Assembly: GCA_963804645.1 (NCBI GenBank) | Contig: CAWDRG010000009.1 | Span: forward strand, 128,001-192,000 | Direction: 5' to 3' | Length of the DNA stretch: 64,000 nucleotides | DNA from: an uncultured Bacillota bacterium | GTDB taxonomy: Bacteria > Sysuimicrobiota > Sysuimicrobiia > Sysuimicrobiales > Segetimicrobiaceae | In this document: one piece after another, positions 8,965 to 18,714 of the stretch | Numbering within the stretch: position 1 is the stretch's first letter | How the letters are laid out: every line of letters begins with the position of its first letter | Made by a program: the position numbers and the translations under genes | The notes under the pieces: generated by a model | Seen by the model: only the letters and a program-made list of their open reading frames with translations | The model's database searches: none | Told to the model about the DNA's origin: nothing

Positions 8965-9951
8965 TCAGGGCAGCGAGAGTTCCACAGTATCGGTGCCGGT
9001 GACCCGACCGGTCACGGTCACCCCGGTCGACAGGATCTTGACGGGCACCATCTGCCCGACCACGGCGTCGTCCTGCGCCTGCCCCTCGGCGCTGATCCAC
9101 AGCGTGCCGCGCTGCACCACGACCGTGACCATCGCGCCGCGCTGCACGGCGGGCATCGGCGCGACCATCTGACGGGTCAGGACCGTTCCCGCGGGGATCG
9201 ACTGCGTGGTCCACATCTCCGCGACCGCCGCGGGATCGTGAAACGAGCTCACGTTGGGCGTGGTGGTCGTATGCACTTCCAGACGCACCGCCGACGGACC
9301 GATCGCCGTGTGGTACGGCAGCGCGTCGACCGTGACGAGCACCGACGCGCGCAGCCCGATCTCGATCGGGATCATCGCCGTCCGCAAGAGCGTGCCGTCC
9401 TCCATCACGCGGATCCCCACCGTGACGATGCCGAGTCCGACCGATGGGGGCAGGATCGGAGCCAGCGTCCACGGCCTCGCCGGCACCACCACGGCGTCCG
9501 GCTGCGTCATCGGGGTCACCACGTAGGCGGCGTCGGCCCCCGGCGGCGGCAGCGCGTCTTCCACCGCCTTGGTCGCCGCCGCGACCAGCCGGTCCGCGGG
9601 GATCGTTTCGGCGGGCGTCGTGACGACGCACGCGTCCGCCCCGGCCCACGCGACATCGCGGATGCCCATGCCGGTGAGCACGGCCGCGATCTGCCCGCGC
9701 GTCAGCACCTCCTGCCTGCCCGCGAGCGGCGCGGTGGCGAGCCCCATCGCGCCGAGCCCGTCGGGCACGGTCCCCGTGAACTGCACGCAGTCCGACAGCC
9801 GCACCACGGACCTGACCGCGGCGACCCGCGCCACCACGGTCGCCGTCAGCCCCTCGGTCCCGCCCGCCGGAACTCCGCTCAGGGCGGCGACCGCGACGAC
9901 CGTCGCGAGGCCGCCCGCGATCCCGCGCGCCCACCCGCGATGGGTACCCAT
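8965..9951 (-). CDS. flgA: P-ring assembly chaperone FlgA (long form)
   Basis: Signal peptide; C-terminal SAF-like VQRGAMVTVV...ISAEGQAQDDAVVGQMVPVKILSTG. Confidence 0.88.
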   Translation of the reverse strand: MGTHRGWARGIAGGLATVVAVAALSGVPAGGTEGLTATVVARVAAVRSVVRLSDCVQFTGTVPDGLGAMGLATAPLAGRQEVLTRGQIAAVLTGMGIRDVAWAGADACVVTTPAETIPADRLVAAATKAVEDALPPPGADAAYVVTPMTQPDAVVVPARPWTLAPILPPSVGLGIVTVGIRVMEDGTLLRTAMIPIEIGLRASVLVTVDALPYHTAIGPSAVRLEVHTTTTPNVSSFHDPAAVAEMWTTQSIPAGTVLTRQMVAPMPAVQRGAMVTVVVQRGTLWISAEGQAQDDAVVGQMVPVKILSTGVTVTGRVTGTDTVELSLP

Positions 9952-9953
9952 GG

Positions 9954-10739
9954 CTATCCGTTCATCTGGTTGGCCATCTGCAGCATCTGGTCGCCGGTGG
10001 ACACGACCTTGGCCATCGCCTCGTACGCGCGCTCCGCGTCGATCAGCGAGACCATCTCGTTGGTTAGGCTGACATTGGACCCCTCGACGTAGCCCTGCGA
10101 CAGGGTGCCGAGACCCTGCTGTCCCGGGGTGGCGACCAGCGGGGCGCCGCTCGCCTGCGTCGCCGTGAACAGGTTCTGCCCCTGCGCGGCGAGCCCGGCC
10201 GGGTTCTGGAATTCCGCGAGCTGCAGCTGCCCGACCGTCTGCGGGGCCGTCTGCCCCGACACGGTCACCGAGACGGTGCCGTCGGCCCCGATCGCGATCG
10301 ACGTGGCGTTCTGCGGGATCGTGATCGCCGGCTGGACGAGGTACCCGTCCGCGGTCAGCAGCTGGCCCGTGCCGCTGAGCTGGAACGAACCGTCGCGCGT
10401 GTAGCCGACGGTCCCGTCGGGCAGCGTGACCTGGAAGAACCCGGCCCCGGAGATCGCCAGGTTCGTCTGGCTGCCGGTCTGCTGCAGGCTGCCCTGGGTA
10501 AACACCCGGCTCGTGGCCGCGAGCTTCGTCCCGAGTCCGACCTCCACGCCGGTCGGCACGACGCTTCCGCCCGGCGCCGTCGTCCCCGGCGCGCTCTGGG
10601 TCTGGTACACGAGGTCCTGGAACGTCGCGTTCGCCGCCTTGAACCCCGGCGTGTTCATGTTGGCGAGGTTGTTCGCGATGACGTCGAGCCGGGTCTGTTC
10701 CCCCGTCATGCCGGTGCTTGCCGTCAGCAGTGCCTGCAT
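9954..10739 (-). CDS. flgG: Distal rod protein FlgG
   Basis: IANNLANMNTPGFK, FQDLVYQ, YTRDGSF, QGYVEGSNV, RAYE. Confidence 0.96.
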   Translation of the reverse strand: MQALLTASTGMTGEQTRLDVIANNLANMNTPGFKAANATFQDLVYQTQSAPGTTAPGGSVVPTGVEVGLGTKLAATSRVFTQGSLQQTGSQTNLAISGAGFFQVTLPDGTVGYTRDGSFQLSGTGQLLTADGYLVQPAITIPQNATSIAIGADGTVSVTVSGQTAPQTVGQLQLAEFQNPAGLAAQGQNLFTATQASGAPLVATPGQQGLGTLSQGYVEGSNVSLTNEMVSLIDAERAYEAMAKVVSTGDQMLQMANQMNG

Positions 10740-10758
10740 CGTCTCTCTCCTCCTCGTC

Positions 10759-11517
10759 CTAAGAGACCAGGCCGACGTTCGAGGTGGCCAGGTTCTTGGT
10801 TTGGTCGTCCAACTGCAGCCCTTGCGTCAACTCTTGGTACACCCGCAGCACGGTGATGAGCCGCACCATCTGCTCGACCGACGACACGTTGGACATCTCG
10901 AGCGATCCCTGAATGACGGTCGGGGGCGTGGCCGGCGGCACGATCGGCGCCGTGCTCTGGTACAGCGACCCGCCGAGCGGCACGAGGGCGAGCGGCGCCG
11001 GCGGCGCCGCGAACTGGAACTGTCCCACCGGCACGTTGTCGGCGCTGACGGTCCCGTCGGACGCCACCTTGATCACCTTCGTGTTCTGCGGGATGAGAAT
11101 CGGCCCGTTCGCGCCCATCACCGGATCGCCGTTCGACGTGACGATCTGGCCGGTCGTATCGACGCGGAACGAGCCGCTGCGCGTGAGCGCGGCCCCCGTG
11201 GGGCCGGTCGCGACGATGAAATACCCCTGACCCTGCAGCGCGAGGTCGAGCGGGTTGCCCGTCGGCTGGAGCGTCCCGGGCTGCTGGCTCACGGACACCA
11301 CGAGCCCCGCCGGCATCCCCTCCACCGTGCCGAGGGATGCCACCCCGTCGTCCGACGAGCGAAGCATCTCAGTCGGCTGCCCGCCCATCACCGTCATCAT
11401 CATGGACTGAAACCCCGGCGTGTTGACGTTCGACAGGTTGTTGGCCACGACGTCGATCATCTGCTCCAGCATGTTGATCGAGCCCCCGGTCGCCCCCGCA
11501 GCCGTCGTTCCGCTCAT
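10759..11517 (-). CDS. flgF: Proximal rod protein FlgF
   Basis: VANNLSNVNTPGF, TGNPLDLALQGQGYF, QGSLEMSNV; ATG at 11517 overlaps the fliA stop. Confidence 0.88.
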   Translation of the reverse strand: MSGTTAAGATGGSINMLEQMIDVVANNLSNVNTPGFQSMMMTVMGGQPTEMLRSSDDGVASLGTVEGMPAGLVVSVSQQPGTLQPTGNPLDLALQGQGYFIVATGPTGAALTRSGSFRVDTTGQIVTSNGDPVMGANGPILIPQNTKVIKVASDGTVSADNVPVGQFQFAAPPAPLALVPLGGSLYQSTAPIVPPATPPTVIQGSLEMSNVSSVEQMVRLITVLRVYQELTQGLQLDDQTKNLATSNVGLVS

Positions 11518-12179
11518 GCGTCCCCTCCTTCTCCCGCGCCGCCCAGCGCTTCCGCGAGCGTGCGCAGAATGCGCTGGTGCCGGCGTCCGATCGTCGGCTT
11601 CGTGCTGCCCACCACGTGCGCGATCTCCTCGTAGGTCAGTTCCTGCGTCCAATAGAGCCCGAGCAGCTGCTGGTCTTCCAACGGCAGCTTGCCGATCGCC
11701 TCGGCGAGCTTGCCGGCCATCACCGACTGGACCGCCGCGGCCTCGGTCGGCGCGGGATCGATGTCGATCTGCTGGCGCAGCCGGTCCCAGAGCGCCACCT
11801 CCTCCACGCACGAGGTGGCCGACCCCTCGTCTCCACCCGCCTCGGCGTGCTCCGCGTCGCCGTCCGACGCGTCCGAGGCGGCGTCCTGGCGCGGCGCCGG
11901 CTGGCGCGGACCCGCGCGCCGCAGCTGCTGGCGCACGTAGTCGAGCACGCGCCAGCGGATCCGGCGGATCGCAAACGGCTCCAGCGGCCCGTTCTGCGAC
12001 GGATCGTACGCCCGAATCGCCTCGAGCAGCGCCACCGCCGCCTCTTGATCGAGGTCGTCGTAGGTCAGCACCCCGTCCGCGTAGGAGAAGTACCGCCGGA
12101 CGACGCGCTTCGCCATCGGCAGGTACTTGGCGACCAGCGCCGATTCATCGATCCGCACGTACTCGCCGACGCCGGGCAT
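11514..12179 (-). CDS. fliA: Divergent sigma28/FliA-family sigma factor
   Basis: Last 221 aa of ORF 11514..14111: region 2 (YDDLDQEAAVALLEAIRAYDP) and region 4 (AIGKLP...LYWTQELTYEEIA); follows flhA, and flgM is present. Confidence 0.8.
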   Translation of the reverse strand: MPGVGEYVRIDESALVAKYLPMAKRVVRRYFSYADGVLTYDDLDQEAAVALLEAIRAYDPSQNGPLEPFAIRRIRWRVLDYVRQQLRRAGPRQPAPRQDAASDASDGDAEHAEAGGDEGSATSCVEEVALWDRLRQQIDIDPAPTEAAAVQSVMAGKLAEAIGKLPLEDQQLLGLYWTQELTYEEIAHVVGSTKPTIGRRHQRILRTLAEALGGAGEGGDA

Positions 12180-14332
12180 CAGGGCACCGAGATCATCCCG
12201 AAGGAATTGAGCGCGACGTCCGCCGCGAGCTCCTCGTACGCCATGATCGGCAGCCCGGGCACCCGCGCGGACACCAGCTTCCGCAGCGTGCTGCGGATCG
12301 ACCCCGGCACCAGGAGCACCGGGGAGACGCCCTTCGCCGCCGCGCTCGCGCGCGCGGCGACCAGCTGATCGCTCAGCACCGTGACCTCCTTCAGCCCGAG
12401 CCCCAGCAGCGGCTTGTGCTGGTCCTGCGCCTGCCGGAACCGGTCCTGCACCGCCGGGTCGAGCATCAGCACCGGCAGCTTCCGGTCCGCGCCCAGGTAC
12501 GACTGCCACAGCGCCGGCCCAAGCTGGCGCCGAGCCATCTCGACGAGATCGGCCGGGTCCTTCTGGTTGGCGTTGACCCCATCGGCCACCGCCTCGATGA
12601 TGCGGACGAGCGACCGCACCGGGATCTGCTCGGCCAGCAGGCCCTGGAGCACGCGCTGAAGCGTGCCGAGCGACACGATCTTCGGCACGACCTCGTCGAG
12701 CAGCACGGCGTGCTGACCGCGGAGCCGCTCCACCATGTCGCGGGTCGTCTGGCGCGTCATCAGATCCGGGGCGTGCCGGCGCAGCAGCTCGACCATGTGG
12801 GTGGCGATGACCACCGTCGGGGGCACCAGCAGGTACCCCGCCCGCTCGACGTCGTCCTTGATCGCCTGATCGACCCACACCGCGGGCCCGCCGAACGTGG
12901 GATCCTTCGCCTGCAGGCCCTCGATGGCCGGCGGGTTGGGGACCGTCGGAATGGCCATGATCCGGTTGGGGTAGACCTCGCCCCGGCCGACCTCGGCCCC
13001 CCACAGCGTCACCGCGTAGGTGCGCGCGCCGAGCGTCGCGACGTCCCGGATCCTGATCGTCGGGACCAGCACGGCGAGCTGCTGCGTCACCTGACGGCGC
13101 GCCAGCACCATGCGGTCCGCCAGGTCCCCCTGCGTCACGAGCGTCGCCAGCGACGGCGCCAGCAGCAGTTCGATCGGCTCGACCACGAGCAGCGATTCCA
13201 TCGCCTGCGGCGATCCGAGGTCCGCGGGCGCGGGGGCCGCGGCCGGCGCGGCTTTCGGCTGACGCCGCCGCGCGTTGCCCGCCACGATCAGCCCGACGGC
13301 GAACAGGAGAAAGACCACCTTCGGCATGCCCGGGATGAGGGCGATCACGCCGACCATGGCCCCGGCGAGCGATAGCGCCTGCGGCCGCGCGGTGATCTGC
13401 GCCACCGCCTCGGCGCCCAGCTCCTCGCGGGACGCCGCGCGCGTCACCAACAGTCCGCTCGCCATGCCCATCAGCAGCGCGGGGACCTGGACCGCGAGCC
13501 CGGCGCCCACCGTGAGCACCGTGAGGGCCTGCGCCGCGTCCTGAATCGGCTGGCCGCGCATGAACGCCGCGATCGCGATGCCGCCGACGAGATCGATCAG
13601 CACGATCACCGCGCTCGCGACCGCGTCGCCGCGCACGAACTTCCCCGCGCCGTCCATCGCGCCGTAGAAGTCCGCCTGCTGCTCGATCGCGCGGCGGCGG
13701 GTGCGCGCGACGTCCTCCGTGATCACCCCGGCGTTGAGATCGGCGTCGATCGCCATCTGCTTGCCGGGCATCGCGTCGAGCGTGAACCGGGCCGCGACCT
13801 CGGCGATCCGGCTCGCGCCGCTGCTGATCACGACGAACTGGACGATCATCACGATCAGGAACAGCACGAACCCGACGATGGCGTTGCCGCCCATCACGAC
13901 GTTCCCGAACGCGGCGATGAGGCTGCCGGCGCTGCCCTGGAGCAGGATGAGCCGCGTCAGCCCGATGTTGACGGCGAGGCGGAACACCGAGCTCATGAGC
14001 AGGACGGACGGGAACACCGAGAACTGCAGCGGGTCCGTCGTGTACGCGGCCACGAACATCACGAGCACCGACACCGCGATGTTCGCCGCCACCAGCAGGT
14101 CGATGATCCACGGGGCCAGCGGCGCCAGGATCAGCAGCGTGACCAGCAGGGCCGCGCCGCCGACGAGGACGTCGCCGAGCCGGCGCCCCGCCGTCTTGGC
14201 CGGAGTGGCGCCCGGCGCGGCGGCCGGACGCGCGGTACGGGCGGGGCGCACCTCTCGCGTCCGCGGCGCCTGCCGTCCCGGCGATCCGCCCACGCCGCTC
14301 ACGCCGGCCGACTCCGGCACGACGCTAGCCAC
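12179..14332 (-). CDS. flhA: Export apparatus protein FlhA
   Basis: RIAEVAARFTLDAMPGKQMAIDADL, ADFYGAMDGAGKFVRGDA; GTG start inferred. Confidence 0.97.
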   Translation of the reverse strand: MASVVPESAGVSGVGGSPGRQAPRTREVRPARTARPAAAPGATPAKTAGRRLGDVLVGGAALLVTLLILAPLAPWIIDLLVAANIAVSVLVMFVAAYTTDPLQFSVFPSVLLMSSVFRLAVNIGLTRLILLQGSAGSLIAAFGNVVMGGNAIVGFVLFLIVMIVQFVVISSGASRIAEVAARFTLDAMPGKQMAIDADLNAGVITEDVARTRRRAIEQQADFYGAMDGAGKFVRGDAVASAVIVLIDLVGGIAIAAFMRGQPIQDAAQALTVLTVGAGLAVQVPALLMGMASGLLVTRAASREELGAEAVAQITARPQALSLAGAMVGVIALIPGMPKVVFLLFAVGLIVAGNARRRQPKAAPAAAPAPADLGSPQAMESLLVVEPIELLLAPSLATLVTQGDLADRMVLARRQVTQQLAVLVPTIRIRDVATLGARTYAVTLWGAEVGRGEVYPNRIMAIPTVPNPPAIEGLQAKDPTFGGPAVWVDQAIKDDVERAGYLLVPPTVVIATHMVELLRRHAPDLMTRQTTRDMVERLRGQHAVLLDEVVPKIVSLGTLQRVLQGLLAEQIPVRSLVRIIEAVADGVNANQKDPADLVEMARRQLGPALWQSYLGADRKLPVLMLDPAVQDRFRQAQDQHKPLLGLGLKEVTVLSDQLVAARASAAAKGVSPVLLVPGSIRSTLRKLVSARVPGLPIMAYEELAADVALNSFGMISVP

Positions 14333-15386
14333 GGGCCGCCTCCGCCCGCGCCGTGCGATAGATCCAGCCCAGGACCTCGGCGACGGCGCGGTACAGCCGC
14401 GGCGGGATGAACTGTCCGACCTCGACGCTGGCATACAGCGCCCGGGCGAGCGGGGGTTCGGGGTGGATCGGCACGCCGGCGCGCCACGCCACCGCGCGGA
14501 TGCGCGCGGCGACGTGCCCCTGGCCCTTCGCGACGACCTGCGGCGCGGCGAGGCCCGCCTCGTAGCGCAGGGCGACCGCCACTTCGGTCGGGTTGGTGAT
14601 CACGACGGCCGCCGTCGGCACCGCGTGCATCATGCGCGCACGCGCGATCGCGCGCGCCCGGGCGCGGCGCCGGGACTTCCAGTACGGGTCGCCTTCGGTC
14701 TCTTTGAGATCCTCGCGGACCTCCTGGCGCGTCATCCGCAGCTCACGCTCGACCCGGAACCGCTGCCACGCGTAGTCCGCCGCCATGATGATCGCGCCGA
14801 CGGCGAACAGCCGCGCGAGGAGCGGCCCCGCGACCGCGCGCAGCACCTGCCAGACGCCGTCCGGCGACGCCAGCTCGCCGGCCGTGGCCCGGTTGAGGAT
14901 GTCCCGCAGGCCGGCCTTCAGCAGCAGCCCGACGACCACGCTGATCGCGGCCATCCGCAGCACCTCGACCGCGATCCGCGCGGACACGAGGCGCTTGAAC
15001 CCCGCGAGCGGATTCATCCGCGAGAGCTGCGGCTGCAGGACCGCGGGGGCGGCGCGCCCGCCGGTCTGAGCCAACCCCAGCGCGAGCGCCCCGGCGCACG
15101 CGCCGGCCGTCACCACGGCCACCGGGATCGCCGCGGTCCACAACGCGGTCCGCACCCACCCCATCGCCCACGGGATGCCGGGATCCGCGGGCACCGGAAG
15201 AGACGGCTGCGTGATCGCCCGCTCGAGCCAGCCCCATACCCAGCCACCTCCGAGCGCGAGCATGCCGAGCGCCCCGCCGACGGCTCCCACGGCCGTGGCC
15301 ATCCCGGTCCGTGCGATCTTGCCCTCCGTCTGCGCGCGCTGCCGCCGCCGCGGGGTGGGGGCCTCGGTGCGATCGCCGAGCGACAT
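14325..15386 (-). CDS. flhB: Export switch protein FlhB
   Basis: RTEAPTPRR, MTRQEVREDLKETEGDP, NPT autocleavage site (ITNPTE), PPLARALY. Confidence 0.96.
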   Translation of the reverse strand: MSLGDRTEAPTPRRRQRAQTEGKIARTGMATAVGAVGGALGMLALGGGWVWGWLERAITQPSLPVPADPGIPWAMGWVRTALWTAAIPVAVVTAGACAGALALGLAQTGGRAAPAVLQPQLSRMNPLAGFKRLVSARIAVEVLRMAAISVVVGLLLKAGLRDILNRATAGELASPDGVWQVLRAVAGPLLARLFAVGAIIMAADYAWQRFRVERELRMTRQEVREDLKETEGDPYWKSRRRARARAIARARMMHAVPTAAVVITNPTEVAVALRYEAGLAAPQVVAKGQGHVAARIRAVAWRAGVPIHPEPPLARALYASVEVGQFIPPRLYRAVAEVLGWIYRTARAEAARG

Positions 15387-15456
15387 CAGCGGCTCACCGC
15401 CGCCGAGGATCCCGCCTCGCCGCGCCGAGCGGTGCCGGCCGCACGCCGCACGCGCG

Positions 15457-16224
15457 TCACGGGACCACCAGCTGCCGGGCGGACCCGATGATCTCACCCA
15501 GGCCGCCGAGCAGCCGGCCTTCGAGCGCGAGGGTCACGGCCACGGTGATCGTGACCGCGATCAGCGCGGTGCCGAGCTCCGCGGGCAGCGCCGCCATGTA
15601 CAGCGCGTTCTGCGCGGTCAGCCGGCCCGCCACGGCCAGGGTCAGGTTGACGACGAAGAGGGAGAGCAGCACGGGGGCCGCGAGCGTGAGGGCCACCCCG
15701 ACCAGCCGACCCACCATCGCCACCACGGCGAGGCCGGGCCGGGCCGGCAGGCTGCCCGTCAGCGGGATCGTGGCAAAGCTGTCGCCGAGGGCGTGGATCC
15801 ACTGTTCCAGCCCGCCGCCGCCGAAGAACAGGAGCGCCAACATTAAAGGATAGATCTGCCCGAGGCTCGTCGCGGACGGCCCGCCGCCGGCTCCTAGAAT
15901 GCCCGCGGGGTTCAGGCCCACGGCGAGTTCAGCGATCGACCCGGCCATCTCGGCCGCGCTCCACAGCAGGCTGATCGCGAATCCGAACACGAGCCCGAGC
16001 GCGAGGTTCCACGCGATCCCGCCGACCAACCCGCCGGTCGTGGTCGGCACCGCGAGCCCCCGATGCAGCAGGTCCGGCGTCAGCGCGAATCCGATCGCGG
16101 CGGCCAGGGCGGCGCGAAACTGGATCGGCAGCACCTCGGCGCCGATCCACCCCGGCGCCGCGAAGATCCCCATCGCGCGGGATGCGGCCAGGACGAACAT
16201 CGTCAGTTCGGTCATCGGGGCCAT
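15457..16224 (-). CDS. fliR: Export gate protein FliR
   Basis: Hydrophobic; AAEMAG, ALGDSFATIP, ALTLAAPV; follows fliQ. Confidence 0.9.
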   Translation of the reverse strand: MAPMTELTMFVLAASRAMGIFAAPGWIGAEVLPIQFRAALAAAIGFALTPDLLHRGLAVPTTTGGLVGGIAWNLALGLVFGFAISLLWSAAEMAGSIAELAVGLNPAGILGAGGGPSATSLGQIYPLMLALLFFGGGGLEQWIHALGDSFATIPLTGSLPARPGLAVVAMVGRLVGVALTLAAPVLLSLFVVNLTLAVAGRLTAQNALYMAALPAELGTALIAVTITVAVTLALEGRLLGGLGEIIGSARQLVVP

Positions 16225-16228
16225 CGGG

Positions 16229-16501
16229 TCACCGCACCGCCACGGTCCCCAGCATGTCGAGAATGCCGGACGCGAAATGCACCATCGTCGCGAGCATCCA
16301 GCCGCCGAAGATCACGACCGCCGCGGCGACCGCCAAGAGGCGCGGCAGGTACGTCACGGTCGGATCCTGCAGCTGCATCGCGGCCTGCAAAATGCTCGTC
16401 GTGAGCCCCACCGTCAGCATCATGCCGAGCAGCGGCGCGAGCACCTCCGCCACCACCACGAGCATCCGCACGAACAGCGTCAACACCGCCCCGTCGGTCA
16501 T
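16229..16501 (-). CDS. fliQ: Export gate protein FliQ
   Basis: VGLTTSILQAAMQLQDPTVTYLPR...GGWML. Confidence 0.93.
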   Translation of the reverse strand: MTDGAVLTLFVRMLVVVAEVLAPLLGMMLTVGLTTSILQAAMQLQDPTVTYLPRLLAVAAAVVIFGGWMLATMVHFASGILDMLGTVAVR

Positions 16502-16516
16502 GCGCGTCTCCTCTCC

Positions 16517-17194
16517 TCAGTGCACGCTGGCCACGAGGCCGCCGACCACGCGGTCCCACCCGTTGGTCAGGACGAACAGCAGCAGCTTGACCGGCAGCGA
16601 AATCACGGTGGGCGGCAGCATGAACATGCCGAGCGACAATAACGTGCTGCTGACCACCAGGTCGATGACAACGAACGGCAGGAATACCAGCGTCCCCAAC
16701 ACAAAGGCGGTGCTCAACTCGCTGGTCACGAACGCCGGAACCAGCACGTACGTCGGAACGTCCGCCTGCGTCGCCGGCCTCGACAGATGGGCCATCTGCT
16801 GGAACAGCGCCACGTCGCGGTCGTGCGTCTGCCGGAACATGAACGCCCGGATCGGGGGCTGCACCAGATCCAGCGTCTTTTGAATCGTGATCTTGCCGGC
16901 CATGTACGGCTGGAGGGCCGTCTGGTCGATCTCGCGGAACGTGGGCGCCATCGTAAACATCGTCAGCACCAGCGCGAGGCCGGTCACGACCATGTTGGGC
17001 GGCACCGTCGGCGCGCCGATCGCGTTCCGCAGCAGCGACAGCACGACGACGATCCGGACGAACGACGTGAACATGATCAGGATCGCCGGCGCGAAGCTCA
17101 GCAGCGTCAGCAGCAGCATCAGCTCGACGATCGGGGCGCCGCCTCCGGCGCCGGGGGAGCCGAGCTGGAGCGAAATCGGCGGCATCGACGGCAT
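16517..17194 (-). CDS. fliP: Export gate protein FliP
   Basis: TSFVRIVVVLSLLRNAIG, PAFVTSEL, LGMFMLPPTVISLPVKLLLFV. Confidence 0.97.
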   Translation of the reverse strand: MPSMPPISLQLGSPGAGGGAPIVELMLLLTLLSFAPAILIMFTSFVRIVVVLSLLRNAIGAPTVPPNMVVTGLALVLTMFTMAPTFREIDQTALQPYMAGKITIQKTLDLVQPPIRAFMFRQTHDRDVALFQQMAHLSRPATQADVPTYVLVPAFVTSELSTAFVLGTLVFLPFVVIDLVVSSTLLSLGMFMLPPTVISLPVKLLLFVLTNGWDRVVGGLVASVH

Positions 17195-17406
17195 CAGCGG
17201 TGATCCTCCTCAACGGGTCGGGGCAGCGCCCCGAGCGACGCGATCGTCTGCGGCGCGATGCCGACGACCAGCCGCTGGCCTTCGATGTCCACCACAAAGA
17301 CGGCGTGGCCCGCCCCCAGGGCGGCCCGCCCGACCACGCGGACCGGCACCGCCGCCGCGGGATTGCGGATCAGGGCCCGCCGCCACCACTCACGCACTCC
17401 CATCAT
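17194..17406 (-). CDS. fliO: Minimal FliO
   Basis: VRVVGRAALGAGHAVFVVDIEGQRLVVGIAPQTIASL beta-domain; between fliN and fliP; no clear TM helix. Confidence 0.75.
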   Translation of the reverse strand: MMGVREWWRRALIRNPAAAVPVRVVGRAALGAGHAVFVVDIEGQRLVVGIAPQTIASLGALPRPVEEDHR

Positions 17407-17792
17407 GCCGAGGCTTCGGTCGCGCCCGCCACGGCGCCGAACGGCTGGTCCGCGCCGTCGGCTCGTTCCGCGTCGCCGTGCGGCACCTGGGGCGTCAAGA
17501 TCTCGGTGATCCGCACCCCGAACGTGTCGGTGATGACCACGACCTCGCCGAGCGCGAAGCGGTGCCCGTTCACCAGCACGTCGACGGGCTCTCCGACCAG
17601 GCGGTCGAGCTCCACGATCGAGCCCGAGCGGAGCTCCAGGATGTCGCGAATCGGGATGCGCGTCCCGCCCACTTCCACGCTGATGCGCATCTCGACGTCG
17701 CGCAGCGCATCCATCGCGACGGTGGCGCCTCCCGCCAACCCGTCCGCCGTGAGCTGCGCGGGCGCAAGCGACTTGACCGGTGTCTTCTTCAT
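17403..17792 (-). CDS. fliN: C-ring protein FliN
   Basis: DVEMRISVEVG...GSIVELDRLVGEPVDVLVNG...GEVVV...FGVRITEI; GGAGG RBS before ATG 17792. Confidence 0.95.
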   Translation of the reverse strand: MKKTPVKSLAPAQLTADGLAGGATVAMDALRDVEMRISVEVGGTRIPIRDILELRSGSIVELDRLVGEPVDVLVNGHRFALGEVVVITDTFGVRITEILTPQVPHGDAERADGADQPFGAVAGATEASA

Positions 17793-18712
17793 ACGGGTTC
17801 CTCCTGGAAGTGCGGAGATTCGCCGGCCACGATCTGCACGGCCATGCGGGTGCCGACCGCCCCCAACTGCCCGACCGCGAGTTGACGTCCCTCGATCGAC
17901 AGCGGCAGCGGGCGCGAGCACGGATGCCCAAGCGGAATCACATCCCCGACCGACAGGGTGGCCAGCTCGGCGAACCCGAGCGGCAGCCCCTCGATCGTCA
18001 CCGACAGCGGCAGCGTCGCTTCCACGAGCGCCCGCCGCACCAGCTCCCGGCCGCGGTGCGTTGCCACCTGCTGCCGCGAGGAGGCCGCCCACGTCGCGGA
18101 GCGCAGCCGCGCCAGGTGCGGCTGCAGGCCCGTGTGCAGCAGCAGCACGTCGATCGCCATGGGCTTGTCCCCCACCCCCTCGAGCGCGAGGTGGACGGTC
18201 ACGACGGTTTCCTGCGCCGACGCCAGCTGGACGAACTCGAGACTCCCCTCGAGCCGGTCCAAGCTGACCTCGAGCTCGGCCACGGGATGCCAGGCGCTCC
18301 GCAGGTGGTCGGGCCACAGCGCAAACACGCGCTCCAGCACCAGCTGCTCCGTCTCGCCCATCGGCCGCTCCGGCCCGACCATCTCCCCGCGCCCGCCCAG
18401 CATCAGGTCGGCGAGGACGGCGCCCGACGCCGCGGGGAGCACCGCGACGACCCACCCGCCCAGCTCGGCGACGTGCAGCACCGCGGCGCACACGAACGGC
18501 GGCATCTTCTGGAGAATCTCCTCGTACGCCGACTGGTCGATCCCGGACACCGACAGCCGCACCGAGGTCCGCAGCAGGCCGCCGATCTCGGGGGCCACGA
18601 ACCGGCCGAAGGCGTTGAACATCCCGGCGAGCATCGTCAGCTGTTCCTTGCCGAGCCGGTCTGGGCGCCGGAAGTCGTACGCACGGATCTGCGTGGCGGT
18701 GGTCTCCTTCAT
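17789..18712 (-). CDS. fliM: C-ring protein FliM lacking the N-terminal CheY-binding segment
   Basis: YDFRRPDRLGKEQL, MLGGRG, C-terminal SpoA domain LSVGDVIPL. Confidence 0.92.
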   Translation of the reverse strand: MKETTATQIRAYDFRRPDRLGKEQLTMLAGMFNAFGRFVAPEIGGLLRTSVRLSVSGIDQSAYEEILQKMPPFVCAAVLHVAELGGWVVAVLPAASGAVLADLMLGGRGEMVGPERPMGETEQLVLERVFALWPDHLRSAWHPVAELEVSLDRLEGSLEFVQLASAQETVVTVHLALEGVGDKPMAIDVLLLHTGLQPHLARLRSATWAASSRQQVATHRGRELVRRALVEATLPLSVTIEGLPLGFAELATLSVGDVIPLGHPCSRPLPLSIEGRQLAVGQLGAVGTRMAVQIVAGESPHFQEEPV

Positions 18713-18714
18713 CG

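Noticed and set aside
11514..14111. 865-aa ORF as a giant sigma factor
   Set aside because: The N-terminal part is an alternate frame of flhA; only 11514-12179 is sigma-like and it has a coupled start.
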